This document shows, piece by piece, positions 26,298-38,537 of a stretch of DNA of 59,916 nt. Under the pieces are notes generated by a model. The model made no database searches. It saw only the letters and a list, made by a program, of their open reading frames with translations, and was not told the DNA's origin. The stretch is taken from the NCBI RefSeq assembly GCF_000002075.1, contig NW_004798094.1, forward strand, positions 23,430-83,345. The letters run 5' to 3'. The stretch comes from Aplysia californica (Eukaryota). The first letter of the stretch is position 1. Every line of letters starts with the position of its first letter. Made by a program: the position numbers and the translations under genes.

Positions 26298-27982
26298 CCA
26301 TATCATCATCATCAGGCTAGAATACAAAAAGAAGTAAACCGAAAACCACACTCATAGATTAGGCCTACTTTACTATTTCCTTTGAATTTATTACTGGATC
26401 CCGAGAATCGTGCTATAACGGACATTTGGCACCGGTCCCCTCCCTCTCATTATAACAAGATTCCACTGTACCAAATTACACTGCGTTTCACGACTACAAA
26501 GAGATCGAAACATTAAAAAATTCATATATAATCAGTCCATATAGGACAGCCCCCCCCCCTCTCTTTCTCTCTCTCTCTCTCTTACTTTTCCTCTCTCTCT
26601 TTCTCTTAGTTTTTCTCTCTCCATCTTACGTCCCCAGGGCCGCCCCACCACCTGAACCCCTTTTTTTGCATGGTCTATATTCCCTCCAATACCGTTGCCC
26701 ACTGCCCGGCCCTACTTTTATATTAAATTCTTTGTTAAAAGGGGTCACCACGGTCGGCGTCCATTTGTTGGGCAGATCGTAGAAACCGAGGAAGGCCAAG
26801 GTCGAATTGCTTGTCTGCTTCGCATTCGATACACCTAGTGATTGTGCACCACAGAATTCTACACTTAATGTAAAATTCTGTGTTGTGCATGGAGTTTGAG
26901 TCCAAATAGCCACGGTAGGCTCGAGTCCGAATACCCGTGAAAGGCTGTTCGGACTCGAGTCCGTATAGCAGCGGTCAACCTAAATTACATTTAAATGTAA
27001 GAGTCATCCAGCAAAAAATAAAATCTTTCATGTAAAAAAAAAAAATCTCTCTCGATACCTAGCCTATTCTTTGCTGCTTCAAAAAATCAAATCTTAAAAG
27101 AGTCTTAGAATCAAATCAATGCGGGACTTTTTCGGTAGTTCCCACCCCCCTTATTTGAGCCTAGATCTACATCTAGATCTATACTATACGTTTGATGTGC
27201 GGCAAGCTAAGATATCAAACTTAACAACTGCAAAACGTCAAATTATTTATAGTAAAAATTCAGGGAGCCCCCCACCATATTTTTGTTAGAGGGGCTTGTT
27301 GTACTCTTGGGGTCAAAACCGGCAGAGATAACAATTGCGGGGTGGAAACTACCGGAAAAGCGCCATCAATGCTTCATTAAAAGTTTGACTCGCTGATTGT
27401 TTCCTTACCAATGTGCTTCGGTGGTAATAATAGCCTAGCCTAGTGTGATGCCCTGGCATGATTGAGAATGGAGATTCTTCTCTGGCTTCACATGCAGGCA
27501 GGTAAGGTGTGGTATATGATATCCTATTATTCTCCCCAAGCAGGAATTCTTGCACAAATATGAGAGTACTGTTCGATGTACAGGTTGGCGGGGTTTGCAG
27601 ACCTGCCACTCGTGATTCATCCTGATTTAAAAGGGATGGATAGGCCTATTATTCTCAATTTTTTTCCCAAGTCTCATGCATCCTCATTTCCCCGATTTGG
27701 ATCACGATGCTTCGTGATTCTTTTTAGTTTCATCAATTGCATTGAATTTGTATAGAAAACTTACTCTGCCTTGTCTTTCGCAGGAAGCACCAGTTTGCCG
27801 TTTTCAGGTGGAATGATAATTTCCTAAAATTTCGATTTTCACCCGGTAACTTCAAGTAAAGGGGAGTAAAAGAAGAAGCATAAAAATGTATTTCAAAGGT
27901 CACATATATAGGCCTATGCTTTAATATACTTTTCAAATGACTTTCTTTTTTATTTTATTCCTGATCTTTGTTTCCTTTACAG

Positions 27983-28127
27983 AAAGGAGCAGGAGGCATG
28001 CGGGGAGGTTTTGGACAGAATGTTGTCTACCCTGAGTGCCCCCGTAGTCCTGGAGCACTTCCACTCACACATTCTGACTTGGCTGAACTTGCCAGACGAG
28101 CGAGTGCAAGTGTTGTGTTTGCCTTTG
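27983..28127 (+). CDS. PSMD5: PSMD5 exon 2 (KEQEACGEVLDRMLSTL...PDERVQVLCLPL)
   Basis: TTTACAG/GTGAGT; aligns to recalled human ..CVSILERLL..HPDDSVKILTL. Confidence 0.85.
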
Positions 28128-29019
28128 GTGAGTTTAGTTTTATGTTTTTAAATAGTTTTGGTTAAGTCTGTNNNNNNNNNNNNNNNNNNNNNNNNNNNNN
28201 NNNNNNNNNNNNNNNNNNNNNNNNNNNNNNNNNNNNNNNNNNNNNNNNNNNNNNNNNNNNNNNNNNNNNNNNNNNNNNNNNNNNNNNNNNNNNNNNNNNN
28301 NNNNNNNNNACACACACACCACTCACAAAAATATCTGTCATACAAATGTAATAAAAAACATTTACTTTTTCTCGACAAGTAGATATAGACAGAAGTAAAT
28401 GGCAGCCATTTCTGACACCAAATAACTTTCAACTCCTCCAATAGTAAATGTCTGTACTATTAGTATTAAAGATAAATGTTGGGTTTTTTTGTCCATCAAA
28501 AGCAAGACAAATGAACAAGCTTTACAATATAAGAGTGATCAAATCTTTTGATTCATTCAAATGTCAGCTGAAGTCGTTTCAGTTTTTGAATTAATAAGAT
28601 GAATATTTGCAGTGATTTTCTTTTAGTCGAAACACAAAGTTTTATGTTACTGTTGTACGTTATACTGTATTGTAAAGCTCTCAGAGCCTGTGTACTTTAA
28701 TCAGGGTTGAGTGCTATATATAAATCTCATTTTTTGTTATTATTAATTACACCAATAACTTCATTTACCCCAAAACTGATGAGTGCCTGAAATGTTTCTG
28801 GGTGTAGTTTGACTTCCCTACTTGGCATGTTCCTTACGTATCATTCTATGTTGTTTACCTTTTCAACTGCCAGGTTCTCAGACTCACAACTTCTGTAAGG
28901 TTATTTGTTCGAATCTCCTCAGGGGCCGGACCGATGTTGTCTCTTTGGGAATGACACTTTGCGCAAATTTTCCTCGTTTCACCCTGGTGGTAATTAGGTT
29001 TCCGGCTACAGATAAAGAA

Positions 29020-29385
29020 AGATCTTATTTTGTCAGTTTGTTAGTGTTTTAGCGCCTATAAATGGCTGCTTGCACCGCATGCTTCCCAGGAAGTTGAAGC
29101 TGTTTCAGAATGCTCTCAGGTCTGCTGGGGTAATAGTATAGATTATGAAGCGCATAGAGCTTGCTGTTGAGCAGGGATTTGCGCTATACAAATGCTATCT
29201 ATTATTATTATTAATCTTGTCAGTTTGTTAGTGTTTGAGTCCACAGCTTGGACAGCATGCTTCACAGGAAGCGGAGAATGTTCCAGATTGTCTTGGGTCT
29301 GCTGGGGTTATGATAGTAGTAAAGTACATAGAGTGAGCATGCTGTTGAGTGTATGTGCTATATAAATGTAATTTTTAATTATTAT
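29020..29385 (+). mobile_element. Two tandem 3' halves of SINE family 1
   Basis: TTTGTTAGTGTTT...GCGCTATACAAAT...(TTA)n occurs twice. Confidence 0.7.
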
Positions 29386-29885
29386 TGTTAAAAGTTGACT
29401 CTGTTTAAGGTTTAACCTCTTTAAGTACTTATGGTATCACAACTGTAAATTTTTGGTCATGAGAGTATTAGATAATAATAGCTCGACCCCCCGCGGCGGT
29501 GCTACTCACTGAAGTGTCTTTAGGCCATTCCCAAATGGGGACATTAACCCTGTTCTTATGTGCAGTAGAATTGATAATTGTAAATCGGCTGATTCATCAA
29601 GGTCATGCTGATAACTGTGCCTGAACTGCAACAGAGAACTGCTGCTTTTTCTTTTCCTAATCCGTACTGTCATCGTTTTCCTCTACTCCTTTTGTATGTT
29701 TGTCACACTCTTGCGACTCGCTAGTTCAGAGGTTCCTTAATAGTCGAAGCTGACTTTGTGCTGTTGAATCGAAAGAGGTGAGCAGAGTAAGCCTGATTCC
29801 CTGTAAGGACTTTCCTGTTGACATCCACCCCTTGGTGCTCATATGACCTTCTGCTGTTGCGAGCACCATAAAACCTCTACTAAAA

Positions 29886-30260
29886 CAGACTTTCATCAAC
29901 AGATGTATGATGAGTATTCTAAGAATTAAGTGGCAGGATAGAATAAGAAATGAAGAGTTGTGGGAAAGGACTGGACAAAAGGATAGAAGTAGAAATAGGA
30001 CTAAGAAAGTGGCGATGGATGAAACACGCCTTAAGAAGGCCCAGCGGAAACATCACAAGACAGTCACTGCAGTGGAACCCACAAGGAGCATGAGGCAGGG
30101 GTAGGCCACAGGAAACATGGAGGAGGTGCGTGGAAAGGGACATGAGAGAGATGAAGCTCACTTGGAACAAGCTTAGAAGGATGGCCCAGGACAGAGATAA
30201 ATGAAAGGAGTTTGTATGTGGCCTATACCCTGCCAGGGGTGAAAGGCATTGATGATGATA
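29886..30260 (+). mobile_element. RTE-clade LINE 3' fragment
   Basis: ILRIKWQDRIRNEELW, WNPQG..RGRP..TWRR; (TGA)n end. Confidence 0.8.
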
Positions 30261-30296
30261 ACAACCGATAATAATAGCTCTTGTGTTGTCCCCCAG

Positions 30297-30429
30297 TTAA
30301 CGAGACTGAGCCGCGATGCCCCGGAGAGCTTGTGTCAGCACACTGACCTGGTTCTGGCAGTCGTAAGTCTTCTCACTGCCGACAGTTTGGATATTGGACC
30401 CGCGGCTGCGGCCATTCTCACACACATGG
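30297..30429 (+). CDS. PSMD5: PSMD5 exon 3 (LTRLSRDAPESLCQHTDLVLAVV...AAILTHM)
   Basis: CCCCAG/GTAAGT, phase 0->1. Confidence 0.83.
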
Positions 30430-30810
30430 GTAAGTCTTTTTATGCTGATGTTCTGATCTATCCAACCAAAATCTACCTTAAACCATTCACTGCTGACCTA
30501 TATTCCCTGCCCTATGCTGACCTTATTTCCAGGAATAGCACTCAAACGGTGATCCTTTTAAAGTGCTATTTACTCTGTGGTAGTGCATCAAATGCATGAC
30601 AAAGTCTATATCATTGTAAAGAGAAATGAATGAACGGCTATCATCTTCAGCAAAAATTTCTTCGATAGCTTGATACGTTGAGAGCTTTCATCGCGAGTAA
30701 TCAGCCATAGCTCGGAGCTAGAGTGAGACGCTAGAACTGTGAAGAGAGAGTGACTGTTCAGTGACGCTATAATTCAAGCTATTTCGGTCATAGTTGGTCT
30801 AACTAGGGAA

Positions 30811-32834
30811 CACGGCTGTTCCACTCAGGATCGCTTAGTTGCCGGCCGACCTGACCTCCGAGACGAGGTCACGCCCCGGTCACGCTACCTGCGGGCGCTC
30901 GGCCTCGCGGTCAGCGGCTCCCCCGCAATGTTATGTTTTGTACACATAAAACAACACCAGTTCTTATGAAAGCCGAGAAAGTCAATGAAACAACAACCAG
31001 ATGATCACATGAAGACGAAGGTGTAGTTTACGACAGTATAATTTTTATCACGGAGAAGTAAAAGAAAGTGTTGTTTAAAAGAGGGGGAATGTGGCGTTCG
31101 CAATAGATTGGTTATTACAAACAAACATGTTTTTAAAAAAAATAATTAAAAATAAACGGACCGACAGATTGTTACAGTCTTAATTTTCAGCTCACAGTCA
31201 GACTTTGAACTTTCAAACACACTTACGTTTATGAGGTAGGACCAAAATGTCTTGTTGCTATTGTTGATTAATGCACACAGTCTTGTCAATGAGTGGGAAA
31301 ACACTTTTACTTCTACCAGCAACCGACTGCCTAACTTTGTTAATTATATTTGTTCTTCGTTTTCTTGTCGGTGAGCTTGCTAAGTCAGATGATATTCTGT
31401 GTGTGACTGTCCTTTGAAACACTAATGGCTGTCCTTTTGTTTTGAACCTCAACTGTCCTTTTCGTCTGAGATGTGTTAAGCTTTCATCTGATCAGATGTG
31501 TAGATCTAGCAACTTTTACTTCTAACGGCGTGAGTAGCTCTGTGTCCGATTTCAAAAGTGTTGACTCTAATGTCGTTTCATGTTTGACTAATGGGGAGCT
31601 GGTACTGTCTGTGAACTGTTTCGTCTTCGTTTTAGGTGTGGATGTCAAAATATGAGTTTCTGGTGAAATGTAAAATGAGTCTTCGTCTGTATGTGTAAAT
31701 GTGCTGTCAATGGATTGAGTGGTAAAGGGCTGAGCACCATCGCCTATACTTACAGAGGAAACATCTGGGGTGGGGGTTTCCGTTATGCTCGCAGACTCCA
31801 CTCCCATAAGAGCGGGGGACGGACAAGGCAACTCGTGTCCTTCCGTAAGCAAAGGAATGCGTTCTTTAATGCACCCTTTGCTAAGTTTAACACAGCGAGC
31901 ACACACAGAGCACTGGTTAATGTTTATGCTTGCGTCGTAAGCAGACCAAACATAGGCACTGTCTTCTACACATTTCTGTGCGGACTTCAAAGCCGCATTT
32001 GTAATTTGCTTCAGTGGTGCGTATATTCGCGAGCCACATTTCCTGCACTGAGTGTTGGAATGCTTGTCGCTGTGTCGTTGTCAATGTTCAGTCTATAATA
32101 TTGCAATAAGTCAGACTTAAAGTGTTTCCACAAAAATCGACGCTGCTTAGAAACTTTATTTTTTAAACTTCTTCCACCAGAAGTACGACACTACTTGTTT
32201 AAATTCTCAAAGTGGATGTTATAAGAGTGTTTCATCTTTGATGTTAAAAGGCTCTATAATTATAAACACACAAGAAAGTCTGACGGCAAGTTCTCGCTTC
32301 ACAGCGTTTTTCTTTGCACCGAACATTGCACTAGACTAGTCACATAAAGTGCGCTAGTTCATGGAAATTTAGCTCCTACCCTGAGATTTTTCACCACAAT
32401 GGAGAGAATAGATTTATGAAAAGAAATATGAAGGTTAAAACAAAAATTGTCGGTTCGAATTATTAAAATTCTCTTTTAAATCCAAGAACTTCAATAACAC
32501 AGAGCTGTACAATAGTGGTAGTATATAGGTATCCCAACGGAGTATAAAACGAGATAGAAACTGGTTTCAAACTACGGGTTATAGAGGAGATGCTGAGCTT
32601 TTATTTGGTATACAACACTCCTAGGTTTACGGGATGGAGAAAGGGAGTACTATGCTGTAAATTCCAGTTAATTTCTGGAAATTGTACCCTTTCCGCGAGG
32701 AGCGGTCAGATCTAGGGATAGGCCGGTGAAAGTGGCGTAACGCGTCGAGATTTATTACCTTCCGCCAGGGGTCAGAAGGGTCAGACGGGCTACAACTAAG
32801 TGCGCCGCTCGGAGAGTGAAACTGAACAGCCGTG
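30811..32834 (-). mobile_element. Internally deleted Chapaev/N-RAG-TP-like DNA transposon in PSMD5 intron 3
   Basis: Perfect 11-bp TIR CACGGCTGTTC...GAACAGCCGTG, extending imperfectly (CACTC, CTTAGTTG). Flanks GGGAA/GGCAA form a TSD with 1 mismatch. Internal decayed transposase N-terminus. Confidence 0.75.
31258..32235 (-). pseudogene. Decayed transposase N-terminal part with RAG1-N-terminal-like Cys/His motif
   Basis: Reconstruction across stops and frameshifts: MKHSYNIHFENLNK*CRTSGG...DLLQYYRLNIDND/DKHSNTQCRKC...VWSAYDASININQCSVC...LTPLEVKVARSTHLIR*/LRFKTKGQPLVFQR. Confidence 0.7.
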
Positions 32835-33227
32835 GGCAAACTAAAGCTTCTCTAACTCAAGAAGAAAAGAGCTTTCTGGGGAGCCCACTCTTGATACTAA
32901 ATTGCAATTACCAGCTGAGTAGGAAACAAAACAAAATAGCGATATTGCCGGGCGTACACTGTACGTCTACAGTTCATATGAGGGCCCGATTTATGGACGT
33001 ACTCCGCAGGCTGAGTAGCAGTGAAGCGGTTAAAATCAGTTTTGTGTATAATGTCAAGTTTTTTTTTCTATTGTCTCTGTTTTTGAATGAGTGAAGGGAA
33101 CTTCAAGAAGATCTTTCTCTGGGCTTTTTTTTCTTTTGGCTGTTAGGGGGGGGGGGGAGATTATACGTTTTACACTTTTTTCTTTGCATGTTGTCTGTGG
33201 GTTTTTTTTCAGGTTTCTGCATACTTG

Positions 33228-33432
33228 CGTCCTTGGTGTAGAGGTTAGGGGCTTTGCCTTAATACTCTGAAGGCCTTAGTTCAAAGTCCTTGTGGGTTTG
33301 ACATTTTTATCAAGTATCCCTGTCTTTCTGCTGGGACGTTTTATTTATCTCAGCCTAGTTTGACTGTGATAGGCAGAGTGGAATCCCGCCTCCAAAATGA
33401 TCTAAGTTGTGTGATGGGGGGCATAAAACAAA
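33228..33432 (+). mobile_element. Degenerate tRNA-headed SINE (family 3); its tail also occurs at ~1400-1465
   Basis: TGGTGTAGAGGTTAG head; CCCGCCTCCAAAATGATCTAAGT tail shared with 1417-1440. Confidence 0.55.
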
Positions 33433-34218
33433 AGGAGTGCCTGCCTGCATCTTTATGGGGTTTGTGATATTTATATTTGTGAGGCATCGTGGTTAAATCA
33501 GGCATCCGTCAAAATTATTAAATTTTAAAAACGGGCATTTTCCCTAAGGCGAATTTTGATTTTTTCTTTTCTTTATTTCTTTATTTCAACACCTTTTATG
33601 TCCATTTAAAAACACATTTCTGGGTGGATGTACTGAAAAACATTGATCAAAGGCACAAAATTTTATAAATCTGCAGTTTCAGTGGTCGTTCGAGCTTTGG
33701 AAGTCATTAAACTTTGGCAGCCATTTTCTCATTAATTTTACCTCTGATACCAGGCATTCCCCCACGCCCTTCAATCACAAATATCTCAACTTTTATTCAA
33801 GATTGATGGATATTTTTTCATCGAGAGCAAGAAAAACGAACAAACTTTAAAACAATAGCAATAACTCCATAAACCGAAAAACTGATGAGGGCCTGATTCC
33901 ACAGCACCGTGATGCATATTAATTATGTGAAACGTACTGACAAAATGAGTTACTTCTCGGATTTGAGAACTATGGAAATAGATACATCACGCTTATCAGT
34001 GAATTTTTTACAATTTATAAGTATGAAATAATGAAAGGCGTGTTATACTTAAAGAATATAATATTAATGTGGCATCAATAGAAAATCTACAAATTTGACC
34101 CCAGTGTTAATTTTTTGCCAATACTTCCATTTGTGGATTGCGAGAAGTAACTCTTTTTGTCAGCATGCCTCACATAGATCTATACATTTATTGTCTCTAT
34201 TACCTTTCTTTAATACAG

Positions 34219-34322
34219 GGAGAAACCCGAGTGGCCTTCAAGTATTATTCAATGAGCAAACAGTACAGCACCTGAGAGCTGCCATGCAGAGGACCGACAC
34301 CTGTCGGTTCCGCGTCTACCAG
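34219..34322 (+). CDS. PSMD5: PSMD5 exon 4 (GRNPSGLQVLF...TDTCRFRVYQ)
   Basis: ACAG/GT; matches conserved DIVRYRVYE motif. Confidence 0.88.
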
Positions 34323-35402
34323 GTTTGGCGGTTTGCTTTTTGTTGTCCGAGACTTGGTCATTTCTCAGTGGAAATGTATTGTTCTGCCATCAGTTTGTTT
34401 TAGTCGAGTTTTTGCGGCGCTCGCAACTGCATAAGGTCATATGAGCGCCAATGCCATCAGTTTTAAAGTATAGTATACTTGCGCAGTTTTTATAATTTTA
34501 CAGGAGAGCCAAAAATCTGACTATTGTTTCAGAGATTGCAAACTTTTTGCAAACATTCCAGGTCAAAGTGTTAAAGAATACAATTTTGATATTGAATTCT
34601 TTATTATCTTTCCTAAAGTAAATGTTGTTTTATTGATAACAACATTGTTTCTTGGCTCTCATGTAAAATTGTTAAAGCTGCGTATGCTGTATTATTTTAG
34701 TGACGAGGACGTTGGTGTCAGATGCGGGGAAAGAGAACTGGCATTGTTGTTCCTGGGATAGGAAGGTATTTATTGTTACTCCTAAGGTGGCAGTTTTTAC
34801 AGGAGGGATGGAGAGATTTTTCTTTTTGTTTTACAGTTGAATATGAATTTGTGTGAGTCTCATTTTAACATTTTATGACAGTTTACTTAGGGGCAGATAT
34901 TCTTAAGATTTCAGGTGAGAAAAAAGAATCTAGATATCTTGTGTGCGGCCTTTTGCGCTTTGGCAGACGATTTTAAAGCAGTTTGCCTGGGCAGTAGACA
35001 TAGAGTAGAAGAAGTAGTTAGACCAAGTAGGCCTACTACTTCCCATCCTTCAGATCTTCACCTCCTTGATATATGCCCAAGGAGAGACTTGGTCAGTACG
35101 TTCAATGAGTGAAAGCGAAGAACGGACTGACCGTGTCTCTGTCGCCCTGCTGTGAAAATACAATTCTTTGCCTCGGGCATCGGCAGACAATCCCAGCTCG
35201 GTGTTGGGGATGGCAATCTCAATGAGAAAGAAAGAGCTCTAGTCTAGGCTCGCCCCACCCCACCTCCGCCCTAGACCCACCTCCGCCCTAGACCCACCCC
35301 TGGGTGTAGCTATTGTTTCTAGGCCTCCACCCTGCCAAAATGGTTACACTGTACCTCTGATAAAGTGAACACTTTCTTCTGGTCACAAAGAGTTCACTTT
35401 AA

Positions 35403-35642
35403 CCCTGTCCGTACGTCATGTTTTACTATCGTATCCATATGTCGTGGGGAACTTTGTGCCACCATTTTCAAAGAGGAAATTTACTCGTTAAACCGATCCG
35501 TGCGCTTTACATAGCAGTCTGTCAAAATGACTTTTTGAGAAATACTGAAAGTTTCAAAGAGATCTTCGTACTAGAAGTATTCTAAAATATGAAGAACACA
35601 ACCCTGGGGGTACAAAATGACCCCCAGGGCGTACAGATAGGG
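35403..35642. mobile_element. piggyBac-like MITE (TTAA|CCCT...AGGG|TTAA); inverted copy at 15329-15570
   Basis: TTAA target duplication, TIRs, two copies. Confidence 0.8.
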
Positions 35643-35690
35643 TTAAGCGGATTCCACTATTATTATAACATTTCACCACGCTGCCCTCAG

Positions 35691-35943
35691 ATTGCCACAG
35701 ACCTCAGCATGCTGGCGCCGGCGGCTCTCGACGCCTGCGTCTCCTCGGGCGTGCTGCAGCAGCTGATCAACGAGATGCAGAAAGACGACATCCTGGTACA
35801 GCTCAACGCCATCGAGCTCCTCTCCGACCTGGCGCAGTCCCCGCACGGCCTCGTCTTCCTGGACCAGCACGGCATCGTGGGAAAGCTGGAAGAGATGATG
35901 GTCGGCGTCAGTGACAATCCAATGTCTGGTCTTCTCTTACCAG
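35691..35943 (+). CDS. PSMD5: PSMD5 exon 5 (IATDLS...SGVLQQLINEMQKDDILVQLNAIELLSDLA...GLLLP)
   Basis: CAG/GT; GC-rich codon usage; conserved DDxLV motif. Confidence 0.9.
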
Positions 35944-37118
35944 GTTGGGAATTCTTTAAGAAGACAATAATGACAATGACAATCTTTATTCATCTCGCAG
36001 GGACCGTGTCCCTAATGATAATAATGATGATAATAATAATAGGAGTAATAGTAATAGATAAATGTGAGGCTGCATGGTGAAATCTGGCACTAGTCAAAAT
36101 AATGAAATCGAAGAAATCAGTATTTTTCAGCCAGTTTGGAATTTTTTTTTGAATTTGTGTTTTTTGACTCAATACCTTGTAAGTCCATTCAAAATCATTC
36201 TAATGTGTAGATTTCATGGAAAAACATTGATTAAAGGCACGAAAATGTTAATTTTCAGTTTCCAAGGATTCTTGAGCTATGGAAGTCACCAAACTTTGGC
36301 GATCCCTTTCTCACTAATTTTACTTCTGAAACCAGGTGACCTCACCTCCTTCAATCGCAAATATCTCGTCTTTTATTCAAGATAAATGGATTTTTTTTTC
36401 ATAAGATGCAAGGCAAATTACCAACCTCTAAGATAATACCTATAACTTCGTATACCCAAAAATTGACGAGCGCCTGATTCCGCCACGTCGTGACATAAAT
36501 AGCATTTGTATTGCACAAATTCTCGCTGAACAGCAAGCAATACAATTCCGTTCAAAAAACCTTCATCCAAGGGAAGTATATCAAAGGTGTTGAGAGAACA
36601 GAAACTGATTGGATCAGTCCTAGAATAGGGAATCTTGAAACATTCGTGATAATCTCTCAGAGAGGAGCTAATGCCTGCCCTCGGATATAACTCGTGTTAC
36701 AGGAAGAGTAAAAATGGTTACAGAAAAAGGGAAAGACTGAAAATGACTTATTGTTTACTGAATTTATTTCATGCAACATAGAACAGAGCTCATGATGTGT
36801 GTTTCCTAAGACTAGCCGGAGTAGATGTAATAGTTCAGTCATTATTGCTAGTTCTGAATCTTTGTCTTTTTAAGAAATGTAATGAAGAAATGATGGGTAA
36901 AGTTACTCTAAAGTGTTATCGTACACGAGAATTAACTATTCCACTAGAACTATAAAAAAAAAGAATTAATTTTAAAGAAAAATTTTTTAAACTATTCCAA
37001 TGGGGCTGTTCACGGACACATACATGTGTTGAGTTATTTCAGAGCCTGGATCTGTAGTTGAATTAGTTTTGGGGGGAGCTTGGATTAGAAAAAGACTAAA
37101 GACTCTATTATAGCTTAA

Positions 37119-37382
37119 CTCTTTCAACCCCGTTGGCGGTAATAACCCTGTTCCCCACCGGATGCTGGGAGCGCCCAATACTAGTGACAACTGTTTCATT
37201 TTATTTAGTGCTCGTTTTTGCTTGTTTTTCGGAACTATTCCCGATCAGAGTTTTTTTAGGAGTGACTAAACCTTTGTGTCTGCAATTTAGATGTTGGAGG
37301 CAAGCTTTTGGGGTTATAATGAGACATAGTGACTGAAGAAAAAACTCAGGGAAACGGTGGAAAAAACTCATGGTTTCAAGAG
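37119..37382. mobile_element. piggyBac-like MITE (TTAA|CTCTT...AAGAG|TTAA); second copy 40333-40586
   Basis: TTAA flanks, shared internal GCTGGGAGCG..ACTAGTGACAAC. Confidence 0.78.
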
Positions 37383-37494
37383 TTAATGTGTACCCTTGAT
37401 TCTTTGAATCGGAACAGTTTGTTATTTTACTGTATTTTGTATCCTTTTGAATTTGTTTGTCATTCTCAAATTTTTTGCTTTTCCTTTCGACCAG

Positions 37495-37683
37495 GTCTCA
37501 TAAAATTTTTTGGAGGTCTCGCCAGACATCATCCAAAAGAGGTTCTCTCCAAATTTGACAATTTCGTTCGCTTGGTCCTGATGAACGTGTGTGGAGGGGA
37601 CGCCAGTCTTCAGGGGGTCTCCGTGGACACTTTGGCTTTTATCTCTTCCACGCCGGAGGGGAAACTGGCCCTGGAAAAACTTG
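37495..37683 (+). CDS. PSMD5: PSMD5 exon 6 (GLIKFFGGLA...VSVDTLAFISSTPEGKLALEKL)
   Basis: CCAG/GT; PGxxKFFG and VDT..EGK motifs. Confidence 0.9.
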
Positions 37684-38537
37684 GTGTGTGAGTCGTGCTT
37701 TACAGGGCTGTGTTGTGTTTCTTTCTTTTTTTCTTTCTTTCTCTCTCTCTTTTTTTGTTTTGTTTGTTTTTTCTTAAAGTAAGAGTGTTACAGCACTTGC
37801 AACATAGTTAGGTCATGTAAGTGCCAAAGATTAGAGGTGTTACTAGGGAGTAGTGAACAAATAAAATAAGGAGAAATGAGGACGACAGATGTTTTCACCC
37901 CCGTAGTGTGTGTCTACGAAAAAGTCGTTTCTGCTTGTTCTTCCTCAATTCTAAAAAACAGAACTTGTCTCATTTTTATCTACATGGCGTGATTCATTGG
38001 TCAAATCATGTTCTTTTTTTTTTATGAAAGTAAATGTGAATTGTTTTTTAAAAATACAATTGAACATGATTTAACAACCACCTGTCCGAGACTAAAAACT
38101 GTTCAAATGACAAACACCCCCCTCCCCCTCCCCCCCTTTGTGTTTTTTCTCTTTTATTATTATAATGACACAGTCCGAGATGACCACGTTTCTTTGCAAC
38201 AGTGGGTGGCACTTGTACTTATATAACCCATTTGTACTGCAAGTGTTGTAAAACTCAAAAATAGGGTTGACTGTAGCTAAAAAAATCTACATGCTGATAC
38301 TGTGACTGTTTTGCAGCCTCAATGGTTCTAAAGTAGTTTGCTAAGATAATGGCTAGTTTTTTTTTTTTTTTGGGGGGGGGGGTTTGTTGAAACGTTGTAG
38401 GCCTACTCCTGTGTGTTTTTTGTTGCTTAAATGTAAGATTGTACATATTGATATTGTCGGGGTACTTTCTGAATAGTTTGTGACGTTGCAAGATGAAGCC
38501 GAATCTCAATGAATTTGAAACTTCTGTTTGCTTTCAG

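Noticed and set aside
30811-30860. Full RSS (heptamer + 12/23 spacer + nonamer) in the transposon TIRs
   Set aside because: Only the CAC start matches CACAGTG and no ACAAAAACC-like nonamer is visible. No RAG1 core or RAG2 ORF is present, so it is not called ProtoRAG.
31691-32098. 135-aa plus-strand ORF
   Set aside because: Antisense to the transposase remnant
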